Notes under the pieces: model-generated | The model's database searches: none | What the model was told of the DNA's origin: nothing | What the model saw: only the letters and a program-made list of their open reading frames with translations | Assembly (NCBI GenBank): GCA_964252035.1 | Contig: OZ176205.1 | DNA: 64,000 bases | DNA from: Podarcis erhardii | Taxonomy: Eukaryota | Direction: 5' to 3' (one strand) | Program-made: the position numbers and the translations under genes | Shown: positions 31,514 to 42,137 of the stretch, in pieces | Layout: each line of letters begins with the position of its first letter | Numbering within the stretch: position 1 is the first letter of the stretch

Positions 31514-31735
31514 GAGAGCTTTCCAAACTTTTTATATTGGTGACACCCTTTTTAGACAGGTATCACTTTGCGATGTAGTAAATTCATTTTGCATCATTTC
31601 ACAACACAGTAATTGTTTTACTAGCAAACCAGAGGTTAAACTTAACCTCTTTTTAGCCTCGGGAACAGCGTGGGGAGCATTCACGTGACACGCCGACACA
31701 CTGATGTGTCGCAACACACAGTTTGGAAAGCTCTG
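31514..31735. mobile_element. hAT (Charlie-like) MITE
   Basis: 16-bp TIRs GAGAGCTTTCCAAACT / AGTTTGGAAAGCTCTG; degenerate 8-bp TSD aggtagaa / tggtaaag; internal hairpins. Confidence 0.8.
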
Positions 31736-31851
31736 TGGTAAAGTAAGGAATTGCAAACTGTGGACAGTATCCAGCTAACATGTCCCATCATCACAAGGAT
31801 TTATACTTACCCCCTGCACATGCCCTGAAGGGGTTGCAGGAACCCCTAGAA

Positions 31852-31987
31852 AAGGCTTCCTCAACCTCGGCCCTCCAGATGTTTTGTGACTACAATTCCC
31901 ATCATCCATGACCACTGGTCCTGCTAGCTAGGGGTCATGGGAGTTGTAGGCAAAAAACATCTGGACGGCCGAGGTTGAGGAAGCCTG
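31852..31987. mobile_element. Palindromic hAT MITE with perfect TSD
   Basis: Long inverted arms AGGCTTCCTCAACCTCGGCC.TCCAGATGTTTT; perfect 8-bp TSD CCCTAGAA at 31844-31851 and 31988-31995. Confidence 0.92.
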
Positions 31988-32369
31988 CCCTAGAACATAT
32001 TTAAGGGGCACACAAGGGGAGGAGAGGGGAGATCCGATTGTGCCAAGTGGAAATCTTTGTGCTGAAGGGTTATGTTACTCAGGGTTACTTTAGATAACCC
32101 AGTTTTTTATTATTTACTACTACTTACTCCTCAAAAAAAAAACCACCAACAACACCTCAGGGCATCTCAACAGAAATAATTTTAAATGGCAATGAACAGT
32201 TTTATGCCTTTGCTGTGTGATCTCTAATCTTTCTGAAATGTGTCTAGCAGAATTGCTCTAATAGTGTACAAAGTTAAATTCTTGCTAAGCTGCTCAGACT
32301 ATGGTTTTCCTTGTTGAAAAACGAGAAGAGTCTCATAGCAGTGTAATTAGATAAGAAGAAACAGTTCCC

Positions 32370-32640
32370 CTTTCTGGAAATGAGACAGCGAGTTTATTCT
32401 ATTTATTATGAAGATTTATGTTCTACCTTTTTACAAAATACCTAAGTTAACGTACTATCAAGATAAAAATACACCATAATACAAGAGAATGGGCAATCAC
32501 AAGTGGGGAGAGTGCTCTTTGACTCATGCCCTGCTTGTGGGCTTCCCATAGGTATTTAGCTGGTCACTATGAGAACAAGACGATGGAATGAAGAGCTTTT
32601 GGCCTGATCAAACAGGGCTCTCCTTACGTTCTTAATATCA
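32370..32640. mobile_element. Degenerate SINE-like repeat
   Basis: Ends in ggcctgatcaaacagggctctccttacgttctta, related to the tract near 48270-48310. Confidence 0.4.
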
Positions 32641-32789
32641 TATGGATCCTGCCCCTCAGTTGCTTTGTTTTCTGCAAAGGCAAAGGCCCAGAGATTATGT
32701 ATTGATGACTGGAATTCATAAGCAGTTTTTGAGAGATGAATTGATTCATCTAATAATACTTGGAGTGCAGACAAGGAACACTCAGGCTG

Positions 32790-33090
32790 CTCCTTTGGCC
32801 CAGAGGCAACTCATCAGCATTTTAGTGCACATTTCTCCGATGTAGTGTTTTGTGTGCAACATTCCCCAGTATACACATTTTTGTATGCTGACTTCACTAA
32901 CATAGTGCGTTTCTATGCACACTTTCTCCTAATATTTATATATTTTGGCACACATCATTTCACGGCATTGCAAAATGCAGAGAAGTGTGAATTTCAAAGA
33001 ATATTGATTTCAGTTTGTGCTGTATCAGGAAGTGCAAATTAAGGAGTAATCATATCAAATTGCAATCTGAATTGAAATTATCCCCCATCC
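32790..33090. mobile_element. AT-rich non-autonomous DNA element fragment, same family as 41699-42137
   Basis: Shared tracts (tatgcacacttt, gtgaatttcaaag / gtgcaaatttcaaag) and terminal cccccatcc. Confidence 0.6.
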
Positions 33091-33139
33091 AAACTTCCCC
33101 CCTTTGTTCAACTGCTAAAGTTCACAGTGACCAGCCATC

Positions 33140-33210
33140 ACTGTGACATCAGAGGAAAATCAGCCAATCGCTGCCTTCCTTTTTTGTCCCTTCGCATTCC
33201 CTCATTCAGG
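33140..33210 (+). promoter_or_regulatory. Candidate UBL4B proximal promoter
   Basis: TGACATCA (CRE variant) 33144-33151, CCAAT 33164-33168, pyrimidine tract 33175-33206. Confidence 0.5.
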
Positions 33211-33244
33211 CAGGGCTTGATTTACTAGCCCATTGAACAAGGCA

Positions 33245-33826
33245 ATGCTGCTCACAGTGAAGAGGCTGCTTGGGCAGCAGTGCCGCCTTCAGGTATCTGG
33301 TGAGGAGAGGATCTCTCTGGTGAAAAGCCTGGTGTGTGAAGAGCTCAATGTCCCTGAGAACCAGCAGACCCTGTTGTTCCAGGGGAAAGTGCTGGAGGGG
33401 GAGCACAAATTATCAGACTATCTCATTGGCCCAGAGTCCATCCTCTATCTGGTCATTAAAAAACCTGAGCAAGCTCATCCTGAGGAGTCCTCAAAGCCGA
33501 CGGCTGCCCAGCCCCACTCAGTGTGGTATCGACTCTCGCAAGTCCTGGAGAAACATTTCAGAACTTCCGACGCAGTGAGGGTTCTCGAGCGGGTGCTGAA
33601 CGACTACTACAAAGGCCTTGGCTTGCTGAGCCTGGAAAACATCGAAGAGTTAGCAGGGGACCTCCTAAGTCCTGAGGAAGGTGAAGGTGAACCGGTGGCT
33701 ACAGGTGAGCTTCCCCAGCAAAAGGGGCACCCCACAGCCCCAGTGTCTGAATCCAGGAAGGATAAAGCGACCCAGACTGAGCCACAAGAAATGCTAGGAG
33801 GAAGGTGGTGCTGGAAGAAATCTTGA
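33245..33826 (+). CDS. UBL4B: Ubiquitin-like protein 4B, intronless retrogene of UBL4A, 193 aa
   Basis: Single-exon ORF MLLTVKRLLGQQCRLQVSGEE...LFQGKVLEGEHKLSDYLIGPES (ubiquitin fold, no di-Gly), then a UBL4-type helical domain (VWYRLSQVLEKHF...LSLENIEELA). True ATG is 33245; the ORF track starts at TTG. ATTAAA at 33857-33862. Syntenic position upstream of SLC6A17. Confidence 0.92.
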   Translation: MLLTVKRLLGQQCRLQVSGEERISLVKSLVCEELNVPENQQTLLFQGKVLEGEHKLSDYLIGPESILYLVIKKPEQAHPEESSKPTAAQPHSVWYRLSQVLEKHFRTSDAVRVLERVLNDYYKGLGLLSLENIEELAGDLLSPEEGEGEPVATGELPQQKGHPTAPVSESRKDKATQTEPQEMLGGRWCWKKS

Positions 33827-35259
33827 GTAGACTTATTTAGAGAGGTCTAAGCGAAAATTAAAATAGCGATGGTGTATGGAACATGGAGCTGTGCCTTTAT
33901 GTACCAAGGAGGAAGGAGGTTTAGTAAATGAAGATGACCATTTTTAAAAGGACCAGAGCTTCAGTTGGTATTGAAACTAGTGCTGGGCCAGATTTTTCAC
34001 AGGCAAACAGTTTTGGCATGAAAGGGAAGGCTAAAAGTTCACTGAACAGCCCCTGAATGTGCTTACCCTTACTGACTGCTGCTTTGGTGCCATTCCCCCC
34101 CCCCCTCCACCCCGCCCCAGGCATCTCATTTCTGGCTGTGTGTTCCCAGCTAACTGGCTGCCTTGTTCCTAGTGTGGTGATGTCATGGCACCACACAGCA
34201 AATCAGAGCTGGCGATGCCCAATTTTCCTAAGGCCAAATGAAGCCCTAATTTACACTCACTCTTGAGTGAAGGAAGCCTGCATTGCCTCAGTGCTCCCTG
34301 TGTTATCATACTGCACTGGCCATTTAATTGTCTGACAGAACAGCAAGGCATCAGCACCATTGTCTTGGCAGCAGGTTGATATGTTCTGTCTTCTCCCACA
34401 AATAGGTTTTTTTTGGGGGGGGGAGCCACACCCTGAAAAATCACCGTAAATGGGGCATTCTGAGGGAGGTGCAAAAACACCTATGAAAACAGTCTCCCCG
34501 TTTCAGACCTGCCTCTATCATAGGTTTATCTCCTCCACCACTACCATCAAACTAGGCTTGTATCCAGGTACATGTAAGGCAGCATGTTCTTCACTGATAC
34601 ATGGTCCTTGGTTCCATCTTTGGCATGGCTATTTAAAATACTGGTGTCCAAACAGTGGAAGATCTCTAGCAAGACTCCATGAACTGGTTGAGCCTGAAAG
34701 CCCTGGTTGAGATGGACAATTGTCCTTGTACACCCTCTCTCTGTACATTGAATCAAACATCATTTTCTTAAAGTCAGTGTGTCATATGGGAGCATATGGC
34801 TGGCTGGCTTCCCAGGACCACAGGCAGGAATTCAAGCATTTCTGTGGCAGCTTCCCAATTTTGTGCTGGAGCTGAAGCAAACAGTTGGAGAACCATTCCC
34901 AGGATCCATTTTACATGTTTTCCCCAGGAAATGTATTGGATTCTGCATGAAAAGTGACTGTTCCCCTACCTCCAAGTAGAGCTATTCCACTCCACTTCCC
35001 AAGAAAGCAGTCTCCCAATTAGTAGTGGGTTGTTGTTTCTTCACATATACTAAGCTGGTATCAGCAAGCTGCTTCTGAAATGCTCGTTTTGACATGGTTC
35101 CCAGCTTGTCATTGCGTTCCTCCACTGAGTTAACTACCCAAGAACTCAGCAGAAGTGAAGGAATGTTTTCAGAACTGGAGATTAAAACTGACATTTCACT
35201 ACAGAGGTAGTGGGGCAATTAAAGCACCAGACTTCTGAAGAGTGCTACACCCTGCTGTG

Positions 35260-35610
35260 GAGATGAGATCGCTGTCTTCAAACATCTAAAAGGTTGCCAT
35301 GCAGAGAGTGGAACAGACTTATTCTCTGTTGCTCCAGAGGGCGGGACCAGAGCCAATGGGTGGAAATTGCAGCGAAGCAGATCTTGCATAAAAATGAGGA
35401 GAAACACCCTAACAGTAAGCGCTGTTCAACAACGGAACAGACTGCCTCAAGAAGTGGGCGGCTGGGGAGGGGGGCGGCTGGCTATCTTTTGCGAGAGGAA
35501 TTTGAGCAGGGCCTGGATCTCTCATGGATGCTGTAATTGCATCCTGCATTATAGATGTTACATTGAGGCAACAGGTTGGACTCGATGACCTAAGGTCTCG
35601 TCTGACTTTT
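35260..35610 (+). mobile_element. CR1 LINE 3' fragment
   Basis: gtcttcaaacatctaaaaggttgccat..., ttattctctgttgctccagagggc.ggaccaga..caatggg, and tail ttggactcgatgacc typical of CR1 3' ends. Confidence 0.8.
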
Positions 35611-36442
35611 TGATTCACATGCGCATGACATCAAATTGTCTCATGGGGAGGGACATACTTTAAACATAAAACCCTACAAATGTTAAAATGGTATCTTCAT
35701 GCCACCACATCTCTTGTCAGCCAAAACCAACCTTTTTTTAAAAAAGAGTTTTACATTGCTTTTGGGCTATATTCATGTAAGGGGAAGGATATTCCACAGC
35801 TGAGAGATAGACATGGAGAATACCTCCTTGTCTCCTTGCAGTTCTTACCTGGCATATATATGGTAAATTTAGTCCATCTTAGAAAGTGTGATGGACCATA
35901 ATTAGAGCCAGGCTCAGGTATAGATGTTGAATCAAAGGTGTAATATGTGCCAGCAGCTCCAATAGAGCTATTCAGATCAAAGGACGAGCCATAGTTTGTC
36001 TGAAGTGATTCAGTGCATGATGAAGTCTGCAGCCACCACATTGTGGACAACATTTGAGCTTGCCCAAACATTGATTGCTGAAGAGAATCAAGAAAACTTA
36101 ATTCTTTTTTATTCTCATCACTCAGTGACTGCAGAAGTCATCAAACCACCCTGAGATCTACAGATGGAGGATGATCTGCTGCTGCTACTGCTAAGTACTG
36201 GAAAAAAGAGCAACTATGTTTGCAGAACCATAGTTTGTCTCCCAGCCCTAGGGTATTATTATTTTATGTCTTTTCATAAGAGAAAATTAATGCCCATGGA
36301 GAAAAAGTGTCCCTTTGGTAATATATAAAGGGTTGCCTGAGTGTCATTTTTGCAACAGGTACATGCATGTCTGTCATGACTGCCCATCCCATGGATCCAC
36401 CTTCTCTATACATTACAAAATGCACACCTTTTCCTGTATTGT

Positions 36443-36573
36443 GCAATGGCCACCCAGATGTTCTTGGACTCCAGCTGCCCTCATTCCTGACCCTTGGCCA
36501 TGCTGGCTAGGGCTGATGGGAGCTGGGACTGACAAGAGGTGAATCTGGAGGATCACAGGCTTCCCACCCCTGC
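36443..36573. mobile_element. Palindromic hAT MITE, degenerate
   Basis: ccagatgttcttggactccagct...ggccatgctggctagggctgatgggagct...cccacccctg; related to 31852-31987. Confidence 0.75.
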
Positions 36574-36958
36574 TACATGGAAATTGATTTTTCATATATG
36601 GAAAAGTAATATGGGAAGGAGCCAAAGAACACATATTTATGTAATATTGGCTGTTACAGCAAGAGTGCTGTGCATTGAGCTTTTCCTAGGCATTGAAACA
36701 ATCAAGCTTAGCACCATGCACCACTGGTCTAATAACAGCGTTGTAGGCACTCTGCCCTCCACTGTTCCCATCAAACCACCAAACATTCCTTTGGGGTAAA
36801 ATTAAATTGGCAGTAACCAAGTGCTTAATTAGCATGCAGTAGTAATTCTGTTTGTAAACACCAAAGCCAGAGGAATGAAATTTGAAGTAGCCGTGGAAGG
36901 TGGAATTGTTTAATGAGATGAAACGCATAAAAAGGACTGAGGGAGAGAAATAATAATA

Positions 36959-37018
36959 TAATATAGCCAACACTGAAGCTAATAATATCAGTAATATAGC
37001 CAACACTGGAGCTAATAT
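36959..37018 (+). repeat. 33-bp period tandem duplication
   Basis: taatatagccaacactg(a/g)agctaata twice. Confidence 0.85.
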
Positions 37019-37336
37019 GTCTGCATCTGTGCCTATATGAGGAACATGAAAAGTGGGAGCTTTGGCCAGGCAGTGTCCCCTCAACAAACAGGGCTGTTGT
37101 ATGCTGGCAGCAGACTGCTCCACTAACTAGATGCTGCCTTCAGCCCCAGCTTCAGTTTCCTGACCAGACCTCAGGGCAGTTTCCCATAGAGTGCATTGCA
37201 GTAAGCTAATGTTGAGGTTACTGCTGCATAGACCCCTGTGTGTCCAAGCTTTTCCTGCCCAGGAATGGTTGTCGCTGGCGTCCCAGCCAAAGGTGAGAAA
37301 AGGCACATAAGCAGTGATGATGGATCAATGATGATT

Positions 37337-37573
37337 GTTGTTGTTTAGTTGTTTAGTCGTGTCCGACTCTTCGTGACCCCATGGACCAGAGCACGCCAGG
37401 CACTCCTGTCTTCCACTGCCTCCCACAGTTTGGTCAAACTCATGCTGGTAGCTTCGAGAACACTGTCCAACCATCTCGTCCTCTGTCATCCCATTCTCCT
37501 TGTGCCCTCCATCTTTCCCAATACAGTATCAGGGTCTTTTCCAGGGAATCTTCTCTTCTAATGAGGTGGCCAG
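37337..37573 (-). mobile_element. Bov-B (RTE) LINE, 5'-truncated 3' end with TSD
   Basis: gtcgtgtccgactcttcgtgaccccatggaccagagcacgccaggc...tcagggtcttttcca...catgaggtggcca-type sequence is the antisense Bov-B 3' end; (GTT)n tail; 8-bp TSD TGATGATT at 37329-37336 and 37574-37581. Confidence 0.9.
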
Positions 37574-37799
37574 TGATGATTACCTCCAAGCTATATACCT
37601 GATCCTAAGGGAAAACAGTCCTTTCCAGAGCAGCCAACTGATCTATCACTCAGAACCACAAACGGCTCACCCGCTGCTGGGCCCCATTCTTGCCAGGATT
37701 CAGTCTCAGTTTATTGGTCCTCGTTCCACCCAGCGCTATATACATCAAGGTGCTTGTATGAAATTGCACACCCTCACCTGATTCAGATGTTACAGAGAA

Positions 37800-38760
37800 A
37801 TAGAGGGAAATAGGGGAGAGTCATTTTGTTTGACTAAATATAGATCTTAAGCACCCTTCTGAGCACTTGCTTTTTCACGTGCTGAGAGACGCTGCTGTGG
37901 TATGGTCCTGATTTAGGGTGATTCGGGAGGAAATGATGCTTTCATGACCACCGAAGGACAATGGTGAAGAAGAACATCACCTCCCTCCCTCCATCTGCTC
38001 ATACTGCAGTTTAGTGAGCATTAATTGCCTTATGATGGGAAGAACGAGAGCACGCCGGACAGTAATAGTCTAATCCCTGAAAACCGACAAAACAAGGTCC
38101 TGTTGAGATGGAGAAGCGCGTGACGTCAAGGAGAGGCTTAAAATATACTCCCGGGTTGAGGGAAGAAATCACATGACAGTTGTGAAACATGAGCTGCCCT
38201 TTTGAAGCACAAACCTAGGCAGAAGATTAAAGGGTGTGAGGGCAGGAGAGTAAAATTGCAGCTACTAAAACATTGTTTCTTTTCCATCCTTTTCTGAAGG
38301 CTCTGGCAGCATCCAGGGAGCCAGAACAGAATTATTTCATTCAGTTTACAGCCTTTTTGTACAAATGGCTGGCTAACCAGTTCCCCATCTGCTTTGCTTA
38401 ACTGCCCCAGCTAGGCAGCCAATGAAATAAAAGCCGGGAGCAGTTCCTGGAAAGGGATAGCATTGAAGGGACCAGCTGCTGGTTCATGTTTGACTGCCCC
38501 CTATTAGCTGTTGCGGCTGGTTGATGAATGGAGCTCAGAACTGCATCCTTCGGCTTGCTTGCTTATTTGCAATTAACTATGGACTGTTTGCCTCGGCTTG
38601 CTTATTGGCTTGACATTAAATCTATCCCTTCGTTTAGCTGAAGGCTTATATATTTTGTGAATTTTAGCCAGAATCATTAGAATTAGCGCTGTGTAAAAAA
38701 CAAACAAAAAAAACCCTCCCAGTGTTTTTCAGTTATTCTCCATCAATAAATAAAGAAAGA
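37800..38760. promoter_or_regulatory. Repeat-free, motif-dense candidate conserved non-coding element
   Basis: CACGTG 37876, TAATCC 38071, TGACGTCA 38121, TGACAG 38174, TGATGAATGG 38522, ATTAGAATTA 38676; locally preserved CpGs. Conservation not tested. Confidence 0.4.
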
Positions 38761-39473
38761 TTTTCTCCTAGGTGGGGTGCTGGGTTTTTGCTGCACTTAA
38801 CTTACTTTTGAGGTGGCTGGAGGGTATTTCTGTGAGTGTTGTTTTTTCATTCTCCAAATCATCTCCCTGGTGGTCTGCACTCTGCAACCTTCCCAAGTGC
38901 CCCTACATATGGTTTTGAGGAACTGCAGGATGGGAAGACAACAGGCCATCCAGGGGTTGTTCTATAACGGAAGAGGACATTAATTCATGTCCTCCCCACC
39001 CCAAAGCCACTTGTAAGTAAATGCAATCTCTTCTAAACCTAGAAGTTCCTAGAATTTCACCCTGAGATAAAAGGCATATGATAAACCACCCTCTTTCACA
39101 AGAGATAATGATTATCTGGAAATTTAAAGGCAGGACTTGGCACAGGGCTAGTGAAAATGGGATCATCATATTCAAAAGCTGTGAGCCTGTAGTTGATGTG
39201 GTGGTGTCTACCTCTCTCATTTGAACATAAGAACTCAAAAAGATATTTCATGGATCAGGCTAAGGGCCCATGTAGTCTGGCATCCTGTACCCCCAGTGAA
39301 CAACCACAAGTATGTAGAAAGCCTGTGAGCAGGAACTGAATGCAACAGCACTCTCCCTATTTGTGATTCCCAGCAGAGACATACTTCCTCTGACAGTGGA
39401 AGTGGTGTGTGTGTGTCTTTGGACTTGTGTTTGTTGGGGTTCTGGGCAAGATGAGCTTTTGCTCGGACCCAGC

Positions 39474-39611
39474 CAGGGGTGGGGAACCCAGTGGCTTCCA
39501 GATGTTGCTGGACTAGGGCTCCCATCATCCCTTCTTATTGACCAGGCTGTGTGGGAAAGGTGGGTGCTGGAATCCAAGAACATCTGGAGGGCCACTAGAT
39601 TCTAATCCCTG
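39474..39611. mobile_element. Palindromic hAT MITE, degenerate
   Basis: CAGGGGTGGGGAACC...ccagatgttgctggact...aacatctggagggcc...ATCCCTG. Confidence 0.75.
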
Positions 39612-41698
39612 AGCAAGGCAGTGCCACATTTGCATGCAAGTTGCCATGCTAAAATCTGCCCTGATAATGTGGGGCTTGTTCCCGCAGTCACATTCTGTGT
39701 GATGTAGTTTCTTCAGCAGCAGTAATGTGCCTCTGCAATGAACTTTGGAAAGCTGAACTAGTCCTGTGAATGCTTTGACGCTTGTTGCAGAATCTGCTCC
39801 CTACTTATGTCATGAAAAGTATTGTGGAAAGTAAGTCAGACCATGCATGATGTGAGGAATTGTGACCAGGATACACTCTGGATTCACTGGATACACTTTA
39901 ATCTGCCAGGAAAGTTAACGTAGTTTTGGCTTTCCTGTGTAAGAAGTGAGTGAGCCCCCAGACAACTCTACAGAAATCCAGGACATTCAAAGGTGGGGGC
40001 AATTTACTTCCGGAAAAAAAGACAGAGGCTCTTTTCTCTAGTCTAGGGAATAGTTCTTCCTAGTTTGTCCATAGGGTAAACCCAACCTTATTGCATTTTT
40101 CATTCAGCTAAAATTAGAACAGAGCACAGTACTAATTAGAAGTGTAGTCAATGCAGAGTAACATTACACGATTGTTTTCTACATCTTTCTGAGCTTAGTG
40201 CTTCTCAAATAAATCGGCACTTGCTATTCCCGTAATGGCATCATGATGACTCATGTTCAGAGTGTAACTCTCTGTACCACCCCAGTTGTAAGTGTAAAGT
40301 GATTCCTCATTTTGCCTTTATGTAGCAGCAAATTATTTCTCATTTTGTATGTCGGCATACCAGTGTTGCACCGCATGCATGTACACTAGCGTCAGGGGGC
40401 ATTCCCCTTGCCTCTAGAAACCTCAGAGAGAAACACCTGAAACCTGAAGAAAATCATCTTTGTCAACTCTCGCTGGCATTTTATAAGGCATCCTGAGGAT
40501 CTCTAAAAGACAAAATAACATGAGGGTGCAGATTCCAAAGGGGACGCTATTTCCTTGCTTCCAGTCTCCTCCTCTCTGTACCATTGAAAAGGGGCTTCAA
40601 TCCAGAGCAGGGAGGCATAACATTTTATTCCTAGCGTGTTAATGTCTAGCACACTGGGGCATCCACTTACCATGTTGCTTCTTCAGAAAGCACTAGCAGT
40701 GTCTGCTGCTGGGACAGCCATCTAAATGGGTTACTGACCTGACAAGGTGGGCTACTTAAAGATGGCAGCTGAAGCCTGAAAAGGCGCAATTTAGAGAAAA
40801 CTCAGACAGTCACGATGTCTGCATCGTTACCAAAGAAACTGCGCTTGCTGAGCATTTCCCTGCTGCATACAACTCTCAAAGGGCTCATGGGATGAGGAGA
40901 TGGCAGCTTCAGCTCTGACCCAGTCTTGTTACTATTAAAACACCACCTTTTTCCTGAATGCTAGCCTGTTTCCTAAAACAGCAGCCTGCAAAATCCTCTC
41001 TCGTCAGCACCCATACTTGCCAAGATCAGTCTTTATCTCCTTGTGTTTTGACTTTCCTTCCCACAAAGACCCAAATGTTGATTTCTCCAAATTATTGACC
41101 CCCCCGCCCTCATCCTACCTTCCCTCTCCATCAGATTGAAACAGCTATGAATGAATGGCTGGTGGTCATGTGATTCTATCACCATGGAGACACATGGCAG
41201 CTGTAAGATGTAAGAATCAGGATCATAGGAGGGCGGCTGCATAACCAGCAAGTTATTTATAGGTTGCTGTTTGTGAATTTATGGAATCACATCTGTCTTT
41301 GAGCATCATGTTTCATATTCACTCTGATTCCGGTGGGCCAGGGCATTATTCTTTACAAGCGTGCATTATACAAATCCCCCAAGTCTATGAATTAATCCAG
41401 AGAAGGAAGGGTTCTCGGTAGCTTATACAATCTCTGAGCAAGCTTAGATCAGGCTGGTTTAAAATTCACATTAATTTTTTCATCATGAGATCCTCTCACA
41501 AACCTACTCAGACTTCTCAATACATAGGTCAAACCACATCTTTGAGCATAAGCTGCTGATGGCTGCTCCATGAACACATGAAGGAAAAGCCATACAGCAA
41601 CCCATGATCATTTCTTAAACAAAGAGATTTTTATTTTGTTTTTCCATGCAGATAGGAAGCAGGAGCCAGCACAAGGCGAGATGTGGGATCACCTATTA

Positions 41699-42137
41699 CA
41701 GGGTTGAATCTGAGAATTTTTGGTTGCTCGGTTTCTCATTTTTCAAATCTTAAATTCAGTTCACCACATTTCTGCAGCAATCTTTGAATTAAAAAAAATT
41801 GTCATGAAAATTATTCAGTATTTTAATGCAAATTTCTCCTAATAAACACATTTTTGAATGAAATTTTAGCTGATGTACACATTTTTGCAAACATTCTTTC
41901 CAAATATGATGCATATTTGTTTGCTATTTTCACCAATATATTCTTTTTTTATGCACACTTTAACCGCATATTTGATATTTTGCAAACACTGGTTGGTTGG
42001 GAACTGCATCACAAAATTTGGATGAGTGCAAATTTCAAAGTTTAGTTCTGTTTTGTTTCTTGCCTTGTTTTGGAAAGTGAGAATCTGATGGATTCACCTC
42101 TAAATGTGAACTGAATCAATATTCTCCCCCATCCCTA
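41699..42137. mobile_element. AT-rich non-autonomous DNA element
   Basis: Ends ...CCCCATCCCTA; internal similarity to 32790-33090. Confidence 0.6.

Noticed and set aside
34982-35218. Minus-strand ORF with RAFQK...VY resembling homeodomain helix 1-2
   Set aside because: No HYPD or WFQN motif, wrong spacing, and on the wrong side of UBL4B for ALX3; chance.
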